DNA of 64,000 nt. It comes from Mobula hypostoma. Taxonomy: Eukaryota. Below the pieces are notes generated by a model. It saw nothing but the letters and a program-made list of their open reading frames with translations, was not told where the DNA came from and made no database searches. Made by a program: the position numbers and the translations under genes. Each line of letters opens with the position of its first letter. Position 1 is the stretch's first letter. The stretch covers positions 54,624,001 to 54,688,000 of the forward strand of contig NC_086097.1 of assembly GCF_963921235.1 (NCBI RefSeq), in the 5' to 3' direction. This document shows, piece by piece, positions 26,414 to 39,169 of the stretch.

Positions 26414-29264
26414 TGTTGGCATGAGACTAGAATTTTATACAGGATGGATAGATAGAGATATTAGTCAAGGGGGATTGATTTTTACAGGAATTGTGCGAGT
26501 TTGTAGTCAACTCAATTATTGACAAAGTCTTATTTTCAGACCTAACCATGATAAGAAAGACCACTTCTTCATGTCTAGAAACACCACTGTAAGTCATTCA
26601 CCAATCATATGCCACTGCACAATTCTTTATAGTCATAATTAACTAATAATAATCAGGAATTAACAAAACACAGTTCTGACAATGATTTTGGTTAGTGGTT
26701 AGACAGCCAAATAAATAATCTAATTTATATTATTTAAAGATTAAACTGGAGATTTTTCAACTATCTTTCTTCCATTTAATGGCAAAAGAACACATCGATT
26801 GTCATACAAAATGATTAGCACCAGCTAAAACAATTCCAATCACTTAAATATTTCAGCAACACGTTTAGTTGACATAGAGTTTCAATCACTTGCGGATATG
26901 AAACAGTAAACATGATGACACCATATCTTTCAACAAATTGAGATTAAGTTTGACTTCACCCATTTATTTTCAGAAACTGCATTATATAAAGACAATGGGT
27001 TGATATGGCAACTGTCTCAATTGTTGCAAACATCTCAGTGTACACCCTGGTTACAGAAGAAACTGATAAAAAGCAATGAGAGTAGCTTATCAATGTTATT
27101 GTAAACCAAGGAAAAACTAAATGAAGGATATTAAACTGATATATTATTGAACAGAACTCAGTACAACATGGTAAACATACAGCTGTTCTTTTTTACTTTC
27201 CCCTGTAGTTCAGTGAGATATTCAAGTGATTTTTAAATTCTAAATGTCACAATCATAAGACTACATGTTGAACTGAAAGAACTTAAACTGGAGTCTTTCA
27301 TAGCAAACGTCCAGTGCTTTATTCACAGCTTTAACCCCCTGAACAGTAGCAGTGACAGCCTCATGGGTTTGAACTCTTTCAGTTCAATATATTGTATATG
27401 ATGGAACATCTATATTTAATGCCATTGTCCCTGAATTTATATGTAATTAAGCACCTGTTGAAATATATCAATGATGATGATATGGAAAATACAAGCATAT
27501 GTCGGCTGGGCATGTGCAAAGACAAGTGAACACACTGAGTCAGGAAGGCCCAGTAGGAAACTCTGAATGAGAAGAGGGAACAGAGTAGATCACTGTAGAA
27601 AATGTTATTTTGAACCAAGGTACAGAAGAGACTAGGTGAAGAGCTACAAGACTGAGACTTCAGTGCCCCGCAGGGAACAGTTGCATCAGGAACGTGAGCC
27701 AAAGGCAGAGGTCTAGATACTGGATAGGTTTGTGGCTGGAGCTGGGGCTCAGAGCTTTTGTGCTTTCCTTGTTCCCTTTGAACACAGAAATATTTATTCT
27801 ACTATTGTGTAACTCCAAAATCAGTGAAATGAAAGTGTGCTTGGGTATTAATGGAAAGAATTCAGTAGTCCTAGGAAATCCTCTTGTGCCATATTACTGG
27901 ACATCCAGCCTCGCCAAGGTTCTTTGTAATTGGATCAACTCTTGCATTGAAATCCTCCCGTCATAAAGGTTAACCTAATTATATACTGTACCTACATATC
28001 AAGTTTTAGAAATTTGTGAGACAGAAGCTTTTCTAAACAATTTCAATCTCTTTCAAACCTCTAACATTAAAAAAAACCTGCCTTCTATGTTTTCTTACAA
28101 AGTAAATGATGTATCATTTTGCCACATATTCAAAATATCCTGTCCTTGCCCAATCACTTATCCCATTCATAACCCCCAAACCTCTCAGCTCACACTGAGA
28201 TCTAGCACCAGGAAATTTGGATATGATATACATGATTCCTTCAACTAATTCACTGATGTGGTATGTGTGCAATTGAGGACATAGCACTAATCTCTATGGC
28301 ATCCTACTGGAAGTAACTTTCATATTCAAGAACAACCTATTTATTCCCACTTTCTTGCTCTACATTGACAAATTGTCAATGCAAAGAAGGAAAGTAGGAA
28401 TAAATGGGACAAATTGTCAATGCATGCCAGGATATTATCCCTGATACTGTTTGGTCAGCAATGAAAGTAATTTAACTTTCACACTGGTGTGGTATTATTG
28501 CTATCATTGCTAATCTAGCGTGAAGATCAATACCAAAATGGATTGTATTCCTCTAGCAGTTCCAGATTTCCACTTTTCTTTGTACAAACTTTTTAATAGT
28601 TACACTTAAAAGGCATATCACTAATTTTAAGTCACAACCGTGTCCTACTTTCATGACACAAGAGGCCACTCAGCCCAGAGTCGATTCTAGCTCACAGAAC
28701 AATTCCCAACCCCCCATCCATTTTCCATGCAATTTATTTTCTTCCACATCCCCCTTCAACTCTACTACTAGCAACCTGCAAAGGACAACTAGTCTATCAA
28801 TCTGCATGTATTTAGGATGTGGGAGAAAACTATTACATCCAGGGAAAACCCATGTGCAAACTCCACGTAGACAGTGCAGAGTTCAGTACTGGACCTTTTT
28901 GGCAGCTGCTCTACTACTTCTCTAATGTGTTGCCCATTTGCTTTGATACTAGTCATTTCTTTACATCAGACATTCCACATTAATTCAAGCTTGCTCATGG
29001 CAACTTGCCTTCATAACTTAGCTCGTTTGGATCTATACTTGGATTAAATGCCCTTGGTCTTCCAGAGTTCCTTGCTTCTCACTGTTTTCTCCAGTGTTTC
29101 CCAAACTTGCTGAATTATTATTTCCTCTCCTTGGGCACTCCCCTCATCCATGCCCTATTCTTCAATGCTAATTAGGAATAATAATTTAATTTCACTCTCT
29201 TCATCTGCCCTGCTAATGGGGAGGCTTATCCCTTTGAGCAGTCTCTTGAGGCCAGTGTTGAATG

Positions 29265-30000
29265 AACCATAGAACATTACAGCACAGAAACAGGCCTTTT
29301 GGCCCTTTTTGACTGTGCCGAATCATTTTTCTGCCTAGTCCCACTGACCTGCACCTGGACTATATCCTTCCATACACCTCTCATCCATGTACCTGTCCAA
29401 ATTTTTATTAAATGTTGAAAGTGAGCCCGCATTTACCACTTCATCTAGCAGCTCATTCCACACTCCCACCACTCTCTGTGTGAAGAAGCCCCTCCTAATG
29501 TTCCCCTTAAACTTTTCCCCCTTCACCCTTAACTCATGTCCTCTGCTTTTTTTTTCTCCCATAGCCTCAGTGGAAAAAGCCTGCTTGCAATCACTCTATC
29601 TATACCCAAAATAATTTATTTTATATACCTCTATCAAATCTCCCCTCATTCTTCTACACTCCAGGGCATAAAGTCCTAACCTATGCAACCTTTCTCTGTA
29701 ACTCACTTTCTTAAGTCCCGGCAACATCCTTGTAATCCTTCTCTGCACTCTTTCAACCTTATTAAACACAAAATACTCTGCAGATGCTGGGGTCAAACAA
29801 CACTCACAACACGCTGCAGGAGCTCAGCAGGTCGGGCAGCATCCGTGGAAACGATGAGTCGACGTTTTGGGTCGGAATGTCAACTCATCGTTTCCACGGA
29901 TGCTGCCCGACCTGCAGAGTTCCTCCAGCATGTTGTGAGTGTTGTTCAACCTTATTAATATCCTTCCTGTAATTTGTGACCAAAACTGCACACAACACAG
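29265..30000 (-). mobile_element. CR1 3' fragment with nested Penelope fold-back insert (29766-29944)
   Basis: SRGHELRVKGEKFKG...FFTQRVV. The insert is bounded by a 14-bp TSD TTCAACCTTATTAA (29752-65, 29945-58). Confidence 0.88.
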
Positions 30001-30263
30001 AATGGTTTTCACTCAATTTCTTTTAGCTCTAGAATATAAGCCATGCATGAGAAGTGTGAGTCAGTATTCTTGGGGGCGGGGGGAGAAAGGGATTTAAGAA
30101 TGGTGCACTCCTTCCATCATTTTTGAACAGATGATCATTTCATTGCCATTTCACAACGCCATTCCAAATATTCCTGTTCCACACTGAAATCACATGACAG
30201 GGATTCCCATAAGTTGCTGGGAAGTTATGAGGAGGACCTGAGAACTTTCTGAATCATTTCCTT

Positions 30264-31444
30264 TGTCACATGACTGGCAACAACGAATATAAAATTGAGT
30301 CAGGTTTTATAAAAACAAACATTTATTAAACTCTGCTCAAAAATAGCAAAATGTATTTAACCGATTAACTTAACCGGAAATTAACTGCTATACGGCAACT
30401 CTGGAACAGTTCTTAAAAGGGTAAATGTGAAAACAGTTCTTAAAGTGGTAAATTCGAACACAGTTCTTAGAATGGTAAATTCAGAAGTCCAAGAGATTTA
30501 TACAGTCAAGTAGGAGAGACTTTCTTGAAGTAAAGAATTCCTCGAAGATGTGACGTTACTGCTGATCCCAGCCGGAACCTGCCTTGTCCGCAGGATTCAC
30601 AACGACAGAAATAAAACTGTTTAAAGGAACTGACCTTTTCCTCTGGAGAATATACACTGTGCAATCCTTCCTGCTTTAGCAGAGGATATCTCAGATGCAG
30701 GTCACTATTTCTTGAACGAAGATTCAATAAAGGTCGATCCTCTCCAAAACCATCAAACGACATCAGCCTTACTCGACTCGGTGAATTCCTGTACTTTGGT
30801 AAGGTCTTCACTCTCCAATACTACTTACAATAGAAAGTAGAACTCCACTTTAAAACGAAACTGCGTCATAAGACGAATACACAGCATAACGGAGTAACTG
30901 ATGAATTAAATAAGGAACTAAACTTAAAAACTCAACTGGAAAAATTAACTGCGTCACCACAGGGGTCTCCCTTTTATATCTGTGATGAACACGTCATCAC
31001 GCAACCTCACACTGGCAGGAAAATTACATCATCCCATCACATGACCATTACCTCATGCTCATAAGATACTCAATTACATCATGGTCATAAGACAGTTACA
31101 AGATCTATAGGCATCCGTTATGTCTCATGAGACCATGGATTTGCGCCTTGGAAGGTTTCCAGGGAGCAGGCCTGGGCAAGGTTGTTTGGAAGACCAGCAG
31201 TTGCCCATGCTGCAAGTCTCCCCTCTCCATGCCACCGATGTTGTCCAAGGGAAGGGCATTAGGACCCATACAGCTTGGCACTGGTGTCATCGCAGAGCAA
31301 TGTGTGGTTAAGTGCCTTGCTCAAGGACACACACGTTGCCTCAGCCAAGGCTCGAACTAGTGACCTTCAAATCACTAGACGAACGCCTTAACCACTTGGC
31401 CACGTGCCAACACAAGTCACAAGATATCCATGAGGTATGTAACA
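30264..31444 (-). mobile_element. Solo LTR (TG...CA) in GCH1 intron 1
   Basis: Termini TGTCACAT ... ATGTAACA, with an approximate 4-bp TSD (CCTT/CTTT). Minus-strand TATAAAA near 30972-30978 and AATAAA near 30322-30327. Three internal tandem repeats of about 27 bp at 30404-30485. Confidence 0.7.
31105..31414 (-). mobile_element. tRNA-derived CORE-type SINE nested in the LTR
   Basis: On the minus strand: A box TGGCCAAGTGG, B box AGTTCGAGCC, and a CORE-like TGTGTCCTTGAGCAAGGCACTTAACC. Flanked by AGTTACAAGAT / AGTCACAAGAT. Confidence 0.8.
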
Positions 31445-34005
31445 CTTTCAATCTTTTACTAAGCTCTTGTTGTGATGGAACATGAAATAAAATGCCTGTC
31501 ATTTTAGAAGCCTAATGCTGGGATGTACGAACAAAATAGCTCAATCACACGAGTCAGATACGAGCCCAGAGCCTCAACACTGGGGATAGCAACCTGCCCT
31601 GCTAGGCTGTACTGATATGGTTCACTTATCCCATTAGTGAATCTGCATTTATCAGACATTTTGTGGTGGTATCACTCTAGTGCTCTGAGTTGTCTGCTAG
31701 AGGCAGTCTAAGCCTCTGAAACATACTGGAGGATAGATATCATTGCTGCCAGTTGATTGGTTTGAGGTCTTGATCTTTGAACAATCTTTTCCTCAGAAGC
31801 TGTACTGGCACACTGGAGGGAATGATGAATTTAAGCATTGATGTCTCCCTTCACTCATAAGTGGGTTGTGTTTTCCAAGGCCATGTTATGGACTTTTATC
31901 ATTTGTAGGATTTCTTTGCGCAATGGAACAGGGAGGTACTGATACTTACTACCTGCTATGCTTTAGTGATAATGACGACTTGGACCTGGGACTCTAAATG
32001 TGTACATCAGCAAGTGTTGTCTGCACATTGCAGCTTGGTGGTTGAGGGTGATGTGACTATGACTCCGGGAGGGAATTGCCAAGGTTGAACTAGTTCCATT
32101 CCAGTGGGCACCTATCACTCATCCTTGCATTGAGTTTACAATCCAAATGAATGATTTCATACTTCTCACTTTGAACTCCAGATTTGCCATTTACTTTATT
32201 CCTCAGAGCCATTTTGTAACTTTCTACTTTATTGACACTACTTAGTTTGCCATTTAACAAGATTCTGCCACTGAATTTCTACACATAAATTTTTCAGTCT
32301 TTCATACAAGATGTTTGAAAATAAACCAAAATGCTTTGGAATTACCCAACCAAGGTGAAGGCACCTCCTGTCAAATTGAGGTTGTAACCATTAACCATAC
32401 TTGAGTAGATGTATAATAGTTAAGTTACCCAGAGACGTTAGTTCGTATTCTATCATGGCAGCTGGGAACTTTAAGTTTAAATAATTACATAAAGTAACTA
32501 TGAAATTAAAGGAGAAATAGTAATGTTAATTGTGAAATTGCCATTTTGTCACTTAAACCCATTTGGTTCATTAACTTACCCAGTCTAGCTTAACGTGCAT
32601 CTCCAGATCTAACAATGTCAACTGGGACGGTGTGACCTGAACTGCTTCCTCATTTAATGGACAACAGGGGGTGGACAACAAATCACAGCATTTCCATAGA
32701 CATTCTATGAACAGTGAGTTTTTATTTAAATCTCCAAAACAATTCTTATATACAAAACAAAGTTGCTTTTAATTCCATATGCTGTTAATTTTATTAACAA
32801 CTTCCTGTATGGAATATTATGAAATGCATTCAAAAACTTCAATTGGCAAAAAAATATTAACTTGTTCTGTTAAATGATCCCTTCAGTGCAGTTCCATCAG
32901 ATGACTGTACCTTTGAATTCTCTTGTGCGTGAAAACTGTGCAACCCTTGCATAAGCAACAGAGAGCAGTAAATCACATTTTCCAGAAATAAGGCACACAT
33001 TGCACATTATTGTCCACAATGCAGGAATGGACAGAGGTGCTAACTACAAAAAAGGCCACACATTCTACAACTTAATGCAAAAATTAATTATAATTGCTTA
33101 CAAAGTGTAATCTTATTAAATGTTGTTTGAAGCAACTAGTGTATCCCATTCAATTCCTATCCTTTAGCAGTCTTAAAAGCAAAAGGATTGACTTTGATTA
33201 AACTTCAACATGTTGAAAACACTGTCTACACTCACTGCAGTACTCTAGTGAATACGTTTTCAAAGAAGAAATAACTCAGAATCATCATTTACAGACTTAG
33301 CCCCCAGTCCAGTTTTGAATTCTTCTCTCAGCCTTCTCTCCCTCTCTCACTTCCAACACATAAATTAACATATTGGGTCTTTTCTCTTAGCTCCAGTGTA
33401 CAATGACACAGGTGATCCATTAGTCACAGAACAAAAGCAATCTCCAAAAGCAGATATACTGTAGGGATATCTGACCCACAGTATTTTAGGCCAAACAATT
33501 ATGACAGCTAAGTAACTTCACACTTCTTGTAAATGAAAATACTAGTTCTTCCTCTTATTGAAGCAATATGATTTTGAAATCTGTTGCAACTAACATTACT
33601 TACTGTATGACTCACAGTACAAAAGTCCACAGTATGAAGTGTATGTGGTGTGTTCTGAGAACAGGCCTACAGTATTTCCCCAAGATAAATCATGTATTGA
33701 TTAGTGTTTACAAAAGGAATACTAATACCTCTGGAATAAAGTAGAGGATTTAAAATGTTCGTGATTGCAATAAACATAGATTAATTCCTTAAGAGTAGCA
33801 GACAGTTATCTAAAAAGCTGCACGAGATTTTATATCTAAGACTATTTCTCATGAACATCTTGTGCGCTCAGTGGCATCTTTCACAAGCCATGTTGAAATT
33901 TTGCCTTTGACGTTGTGAAGTTTGTTTGTTTGCTATGTGCATGACGTATATGATCGTGGTCTTTCCATGACCACGATTGTTCTTAGCAATGTTTTCTAGA
34001 GAAGT

Positions 34006-37000
34006 AATCTCGGGATTGCTGCCTGTGCCACGTGCTAGCGAGTGCAAGAATAGCATGATCGGGTATATTACTGTGTGGCTGAAAGACTGGTGCAGGGGGC
34101 AGGGCTTTGGATTCCTGGATTATTGGGGCCTCTTCTGGGGGAGGTACGACCTGTACAAAAAGGACTGGTTACACCTGAACCCAAAGGGGTCCAATATCCT
34201 AGCGGCCACATTCAATAGAACTGTTAGGGAGGGTTTAAACTAATTTGACAGGGAGATGGGAACCGGAGTGACAGGGTTGAGGAAAGGGAAAACAGAAATA
34301 AATCAAAGATAGCATGCGACAGAGATGATAGAAAGAACAGGCAGGAGATGAGGCTTAATCACAGCCAGTGGCATGAGTCACAGGGCAATAGAGGCGTGGT
34401 GCAGTTAAAACAGAAAGCAACAAATACTGAGACTGAAAGTGTTATATTTGAGTGCACACAGCAAAAGGAAAAAAATGGACGATCTTGAAATTCAGCTATA
34501 GAATAGCAAGTATGGCATTGTGGCCATCTCTGAAACTTGGCCAAAGGATGGCTGCCATTGGGAGCTGAACGTCCAAGGATACACGGTGTTTTGGAAAGAT
34601 AGGTTAGTAGGCAGAGGGGGTGGTGTGGCTCTGTGTATAAGAAATAATATTAAATCATTAGAAAGAGATGACATAGGATTGGAAGGTGTAGAGCCTCTAT
34701 GTGTTGAGTTAAGAAATGGCAAGGGTAAAAGAACCCTAATGGCAGTTGTATACAGGCCTCCAAACAGTAGCCAGGATGTGGATTACAAATTACAGCAGGA
34801 GATAGAAAAGGCGTGTCAGAAAGGCAATGTTATGATAATCGTTGGGGATTTTAACATGAAAGTGGATTGGGAAAACCAGGTTAGTATTGGACCTCAAGAG
34901 AGAGAATTTGTGGAATGTCTGAGGGATGGCTTTTTAGAACAGCTTGTTGTTGAGCCCACTAGGGGATTGGTTGTGCTGGATTGGGTGTTGTGCAATGATC
35001 CAGAGGTGATAAGAGAGCTTCAGGTTAAAGAACCCTTAGGGAACAGTGATCACAATATGATCGAGTTTACATTGAACTTTGAGAGGGAAAAAGTAAAATC
35101 CAATGTGTCATATTTCAGTGGAATAAAGGAAATTACAGTGGCATGAGAGAGGAACTGGCCGAAGTTGACTGGTAAGGGACATTTGCAATAAGGACAGCAG
35201 AGCAGCAATGGTTGGAGTTTCTGCAAAAAATGAGGGAAGTACAAGACAGATACAGTTGAAGTCAGAAGTTTACATACACATTAGCCAAATATATTTAAAC
35301 TCAAGTTTTTCACAATTCCTGACATTTAATCCTAGAAAACATTCTCTGTCTTAGGTCAGTTAGGATCACTACTTTATTTTAAGAATGTGAAAGGTCAGAA
35401 TAATAGTAGAGAGAATGATTTATTTCAGCTTTTATTTCTTTCATCACATTCCCAATGGGTTAGAAGTTTACATACACTTTGTTAGTATTTGGTAGCATTG
35501 CCTTTAAATTGTTTAACTTGGGTCAAACATTTTGAGTAGCCTTCCACAAGCTTCTCACAATAAGGTGCTGGAATTTTGTTCCATTCCTCCAGACAGAACT
35601 GGTGTAACTGAGTCAGGTTTGTAGGCCTCCTTGCTCGCACACGCGTTTTCAGTTCTGCCCACAAATTTTCTATCGGATTGAGGTCAGGGCTTTGTGATGG
35701 TCACTCCAATACCTTGACTTTGTTGTCCTTAAGCAATTTTGCACAACTTTGGAGGCATGCTTGGGGTCATTCTCCATTTGGAAGACCCAATTGCGACCGA
35801 GCTTTAACTTGCTGGCTGATGCCTTGAGATGTTGCTTCGATATATCCACATAATTTTCCTTCCTCATGACGCCATCTATTTCCTGAAGTGCACTAGTCCC
35901 TCCTGCAGCAAAGCACCCTCACAACATGGTGCTGCCAGCCCCATGCTTCATGGTTGGGATGGTGTTCTTCGGCTTGCAGGCCTCACCCTTTTCCCTCAAA
36001 ACATAACAATGGTCATTATGGCCAAACAGTTCAATTTTTGTTTCATCGGAGCAGAGGACATTTCTCCAAAAAGTAAGATCTTTGTCCCCATGTGCACTTG
36101 CAAACTGTAGTCTGGCTTTTTTTAATGGCAGTTTTGGAGCAGTGGCTTCTTCCTTGCTGAATAGCCTTTCAGGTTATGTTGATATAGGACTCAGTTTACT
36201 GTAGATATAGATACCTGTTTCCTCCAGCATCTTCGCAAGGTCCTTTGCTGTTGTTCTGGGATTGACTTGCACTTTTCGCGCCAAAGTACGTTCATCTCTT
36301 AGGAGACAGAATGCATCTCCTTCCTGAGAGGTATGACGGCTGCGTGGTCCCATGGTGTTTATACTTGCATACTATTGTTTTTACAGATGAACGTGGTACC
36401 TTCAGGCGTTTGGAAATTGCTCCCAAGGATGAACCAGACTTGTGGAGGTCCACAATTTTTTTTTCCTGAGGTCTTGGCTGATTTCTTTTGATTTTGTTTG
36501 TAAACTTCTGACCCACTGGAATTGTGATATAGTCAATTAAAAGTGAAATAATCTGTCTGTAAACAATTGCTGGAAAGATTACTCATGTCATGCACAAAGT
36601 AGATGTCCTCAACATCTTGCCAAAACTATAGTTTGCTAATATGAAATCCGTGGAGGTGATTAAACAATGAGTTTTAATGACTTCAACCTAAGTGTATGTA
36701 AACTTCTGACTTCAACTGTATATTCCAAATAAGAAATTTTCAAAGGGAAAAAGGGAAAAGGACACTGCCATGGCTGACAAGTGAAGTCAGAGCCAAAGTA
36801 AAAGCAAAAGAGAGGACATACAAGGAAGCCAGAGTTAGTGGGAAGACAGAGGATTGGGATGCTTTTTAAAATTTGTAGAAAGAAACTAAGAAGGTCATTA
36901 GGAAGGAAAAGATGAATTATGAAAGGAAGCTGGCAACTAATATCAAAGAAGATATTAAAAGCTTTTTTAAGTATATAAAGGGTAAAAGAGAGTCGAGGGT

Positions 37001-38787
37001 AGATATAGACCAATACAAAATGACACTGGAGATATTGTAATGAGAGATGCAGAGATGGTAGAGGAACTCGATGTGTATTTTGCATCAGTCTTCACAGTGG
37101 AAGATATCTGCAGTATACAGCACATTCAAGAGTGTCAGGGAAATGAAGTTTGTGCAGTGAAAATTACTACTGAGAAGGTGCTCAGGAGGTTTAATAGTCT
37201 GAGGGTAGATAAATCTCCTGGACCTGATAGAATTCACCCTCAGGTTCTGAAGGAAGGAGCTGGAGAGATTGTGGAGGCATTAACAATGATTTTGCAAGAA
37301 TCGATAGATTCTGGCATTGTACGTGATGACTGGAAAATGGCAAATGTTACTGCGCTATTTAAGAAGGGTGGGAGGCAGCAGAAAGGAAACTATAGACCTG
37401 TTAGCCTGACATCAGTGGTTGGGAAGTTGTTGGAATCGATTGTTAGGGATGATATTACGGAGTACCTGGAAGCACATGACAAGATAGGCCAAAGCCAAGC
37501 ATGATTTCCTGAAAGGAAAATCCTGCCTGACAAACCTACTGCAATTCTTTGAGGAAATTACAAGCAGGGTAGACAAAGGAGCTGTAGTAGACGTGGTGTA
37601 CTTAGATTTTCACAAGGCCTTTGCAAGGTGCCACACATGCGGCTACATAGCAGGACCAGAGCCCATGGAATTACAGGGAAATTACTAGCATGGGTGGAGC
37701 ATTGGCTGGTCAGTAGAAAACAGGGAGTGGGAATAAAGGGATCCTATTCTGGCTGGCTGCCAGTTACCAGTGGAGTTCCACAGGGGTCAGTATTGGGACC
37801 GCTGCTTTTTACGATGCATGTTAATGATTTGGACTATGGTATTAATGAATTTGTGGCTAAATTTGCCAATGATACAAAGATGGGTAGAGGAGCGGGTAGT
37901 GTTGAGGAAACAGAGAGCCTGCAGAGAGTCTTGGATAGTTTAGGGGAATGGGCAAAGTGGCAAATGAAATACAATGCTGGAAAGTGTACGTTCATGCACT
38001 TTGGTGGAAGAAACAAACGGGCAGACTATTATTTAGATGGAGAGAGAATTCAAAATGCGGAGATGTAAAGGGACTTGGGAGTCCTTGTGCAAGATACCCT
38101 AAAGGTTAACATCCAAGTTGAGTCGGTTGTGAAGAAGGCCAATGCAATGTTGGCATTCATTTCTAGAGGTATAGAATATAAGAGCAGGGATTGATGTTGA
38201 GGCTCTATAAGGCACTTGTGAGACCACACTTGGAGTATTGCGTGCAGTTTTGGGTCCTTATTTTAGAAAAGATATACTGACATTGTAGAGGGTTCAGAGA
38301 AGATTCATAAGAATGATTCCAGGAATTAAAGGATTACTGTATGAGGAACATCTGGCAGCTCTTGGGCTATATTCCCTGGAGTTCAGGAGAATGAGGGGGA
38401 ATCTCATAGAAACATTCTGAATGCTAAAAGGCCTGAACAGATTAGATATGACAAAGTTATTTCCCATGGTAGGGGAGTCTAGGACAAGAGGGCACAACTT
38501 CAGGATTGAAGGGCGTCCATTTAGAACTGAGATACGGAGAAATTACTTTAGTCAGAGGGTGGTAAATCTGTGGAATTTGTTGCCATGAGCGGCTGTGGAG
38601 GCCAACTCATTGGGTGTATTTAAGGCAGAGGTTGATGTCCTGGCTAATCAAGAACCTATCTAAGGGTATGGGGTGAAGGCAGGGGAGTGGGGATGACTGG
38701 AAGAATTGGATCAGTCCATGATAGAATGGTGGAGCAGACTCGATGGGCCGAATAGCCCATTTCTTCTCCTATATCTTATGGTCTTAT
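34006..38787 (+). mobile_element. Near-full-length CR1 LINE (ORF1 3' part, APE, RT), decayed, interrupted by the SB-like Tc1
   Basis: VISGLLPVPRA...WLHLN, ISETW...GGGVAL...YRPP...GDFN...SDHNMI, NYRPVSLTSVVGK, GVPQGSVLGP. 3' end CTTATGGTCTTATG. Confidence 0.92.
35253..36718 (-). mobile_element. Tc1 transposon of the Sleeping Beauty IR/DR family, decayed
   Basis: TIR CAGTTGAAGTCAGAAGTTTACATACAC at both ends, TA duplication at 35251-52 and 36719-20, and inner direct repeats. Transposase fragments [62 protein letters not shown] and [12 protein letters not shown], with stops and frameshifts. The 5' UTR and ATG are deleted. Confidence 0.95.
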
Positions 38788-38789
38788 GA

Positions 38790-39040
38790 TCTAAGTAGTT
38801 TGCCATTGCCTTCTTCTGGGCAAGATGGGTGACGCCAGTCATTATCAAACCTCTTCAGAAATTGTCTGCCTAGGTCAGTGGTCATGTAACCAGGACATGA
38901 TATGCACCTGCTGCTCATACGACCATCCACCACCTGCTCCCATGACTTCACGTGATCCCGATCAGGTGACCTGCAGACCAGCAGAGGGAAGGAACGCTTT
39001 ACACCTCCTTTGGTGGGGATGTATCTCCACCCCAGCACAT
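38790..39040 (-). mobile_element. RTE-related short element fragment
   Basis: Minus-strand GAAGAAGGCAATGGCAAAC, resembling RTE/Bov-type motifs. Related pieces at about 33940-34005 and 45495-45580. Confidence 0.5.
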
Positions 39041-39169
39041 AATGAATCAAAACAAGGGACTCAAAAATGTACACATGCCTGAGTGAGAAGGGTTATATTC
39101 AGCCCCACTCCAGTCAATTCCATCAGTAAGAAGCAATAATGCCGACTAGAATACCAACCTGATGTCTGG

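Noticed and set aside
30404..30485. Short regularly spaced repeats resembling a CRISPR array
   Set aside because: Only three head-to-tail units with no unique spacers, inside an LTR, in eukaryotic DNA with no cas genes.
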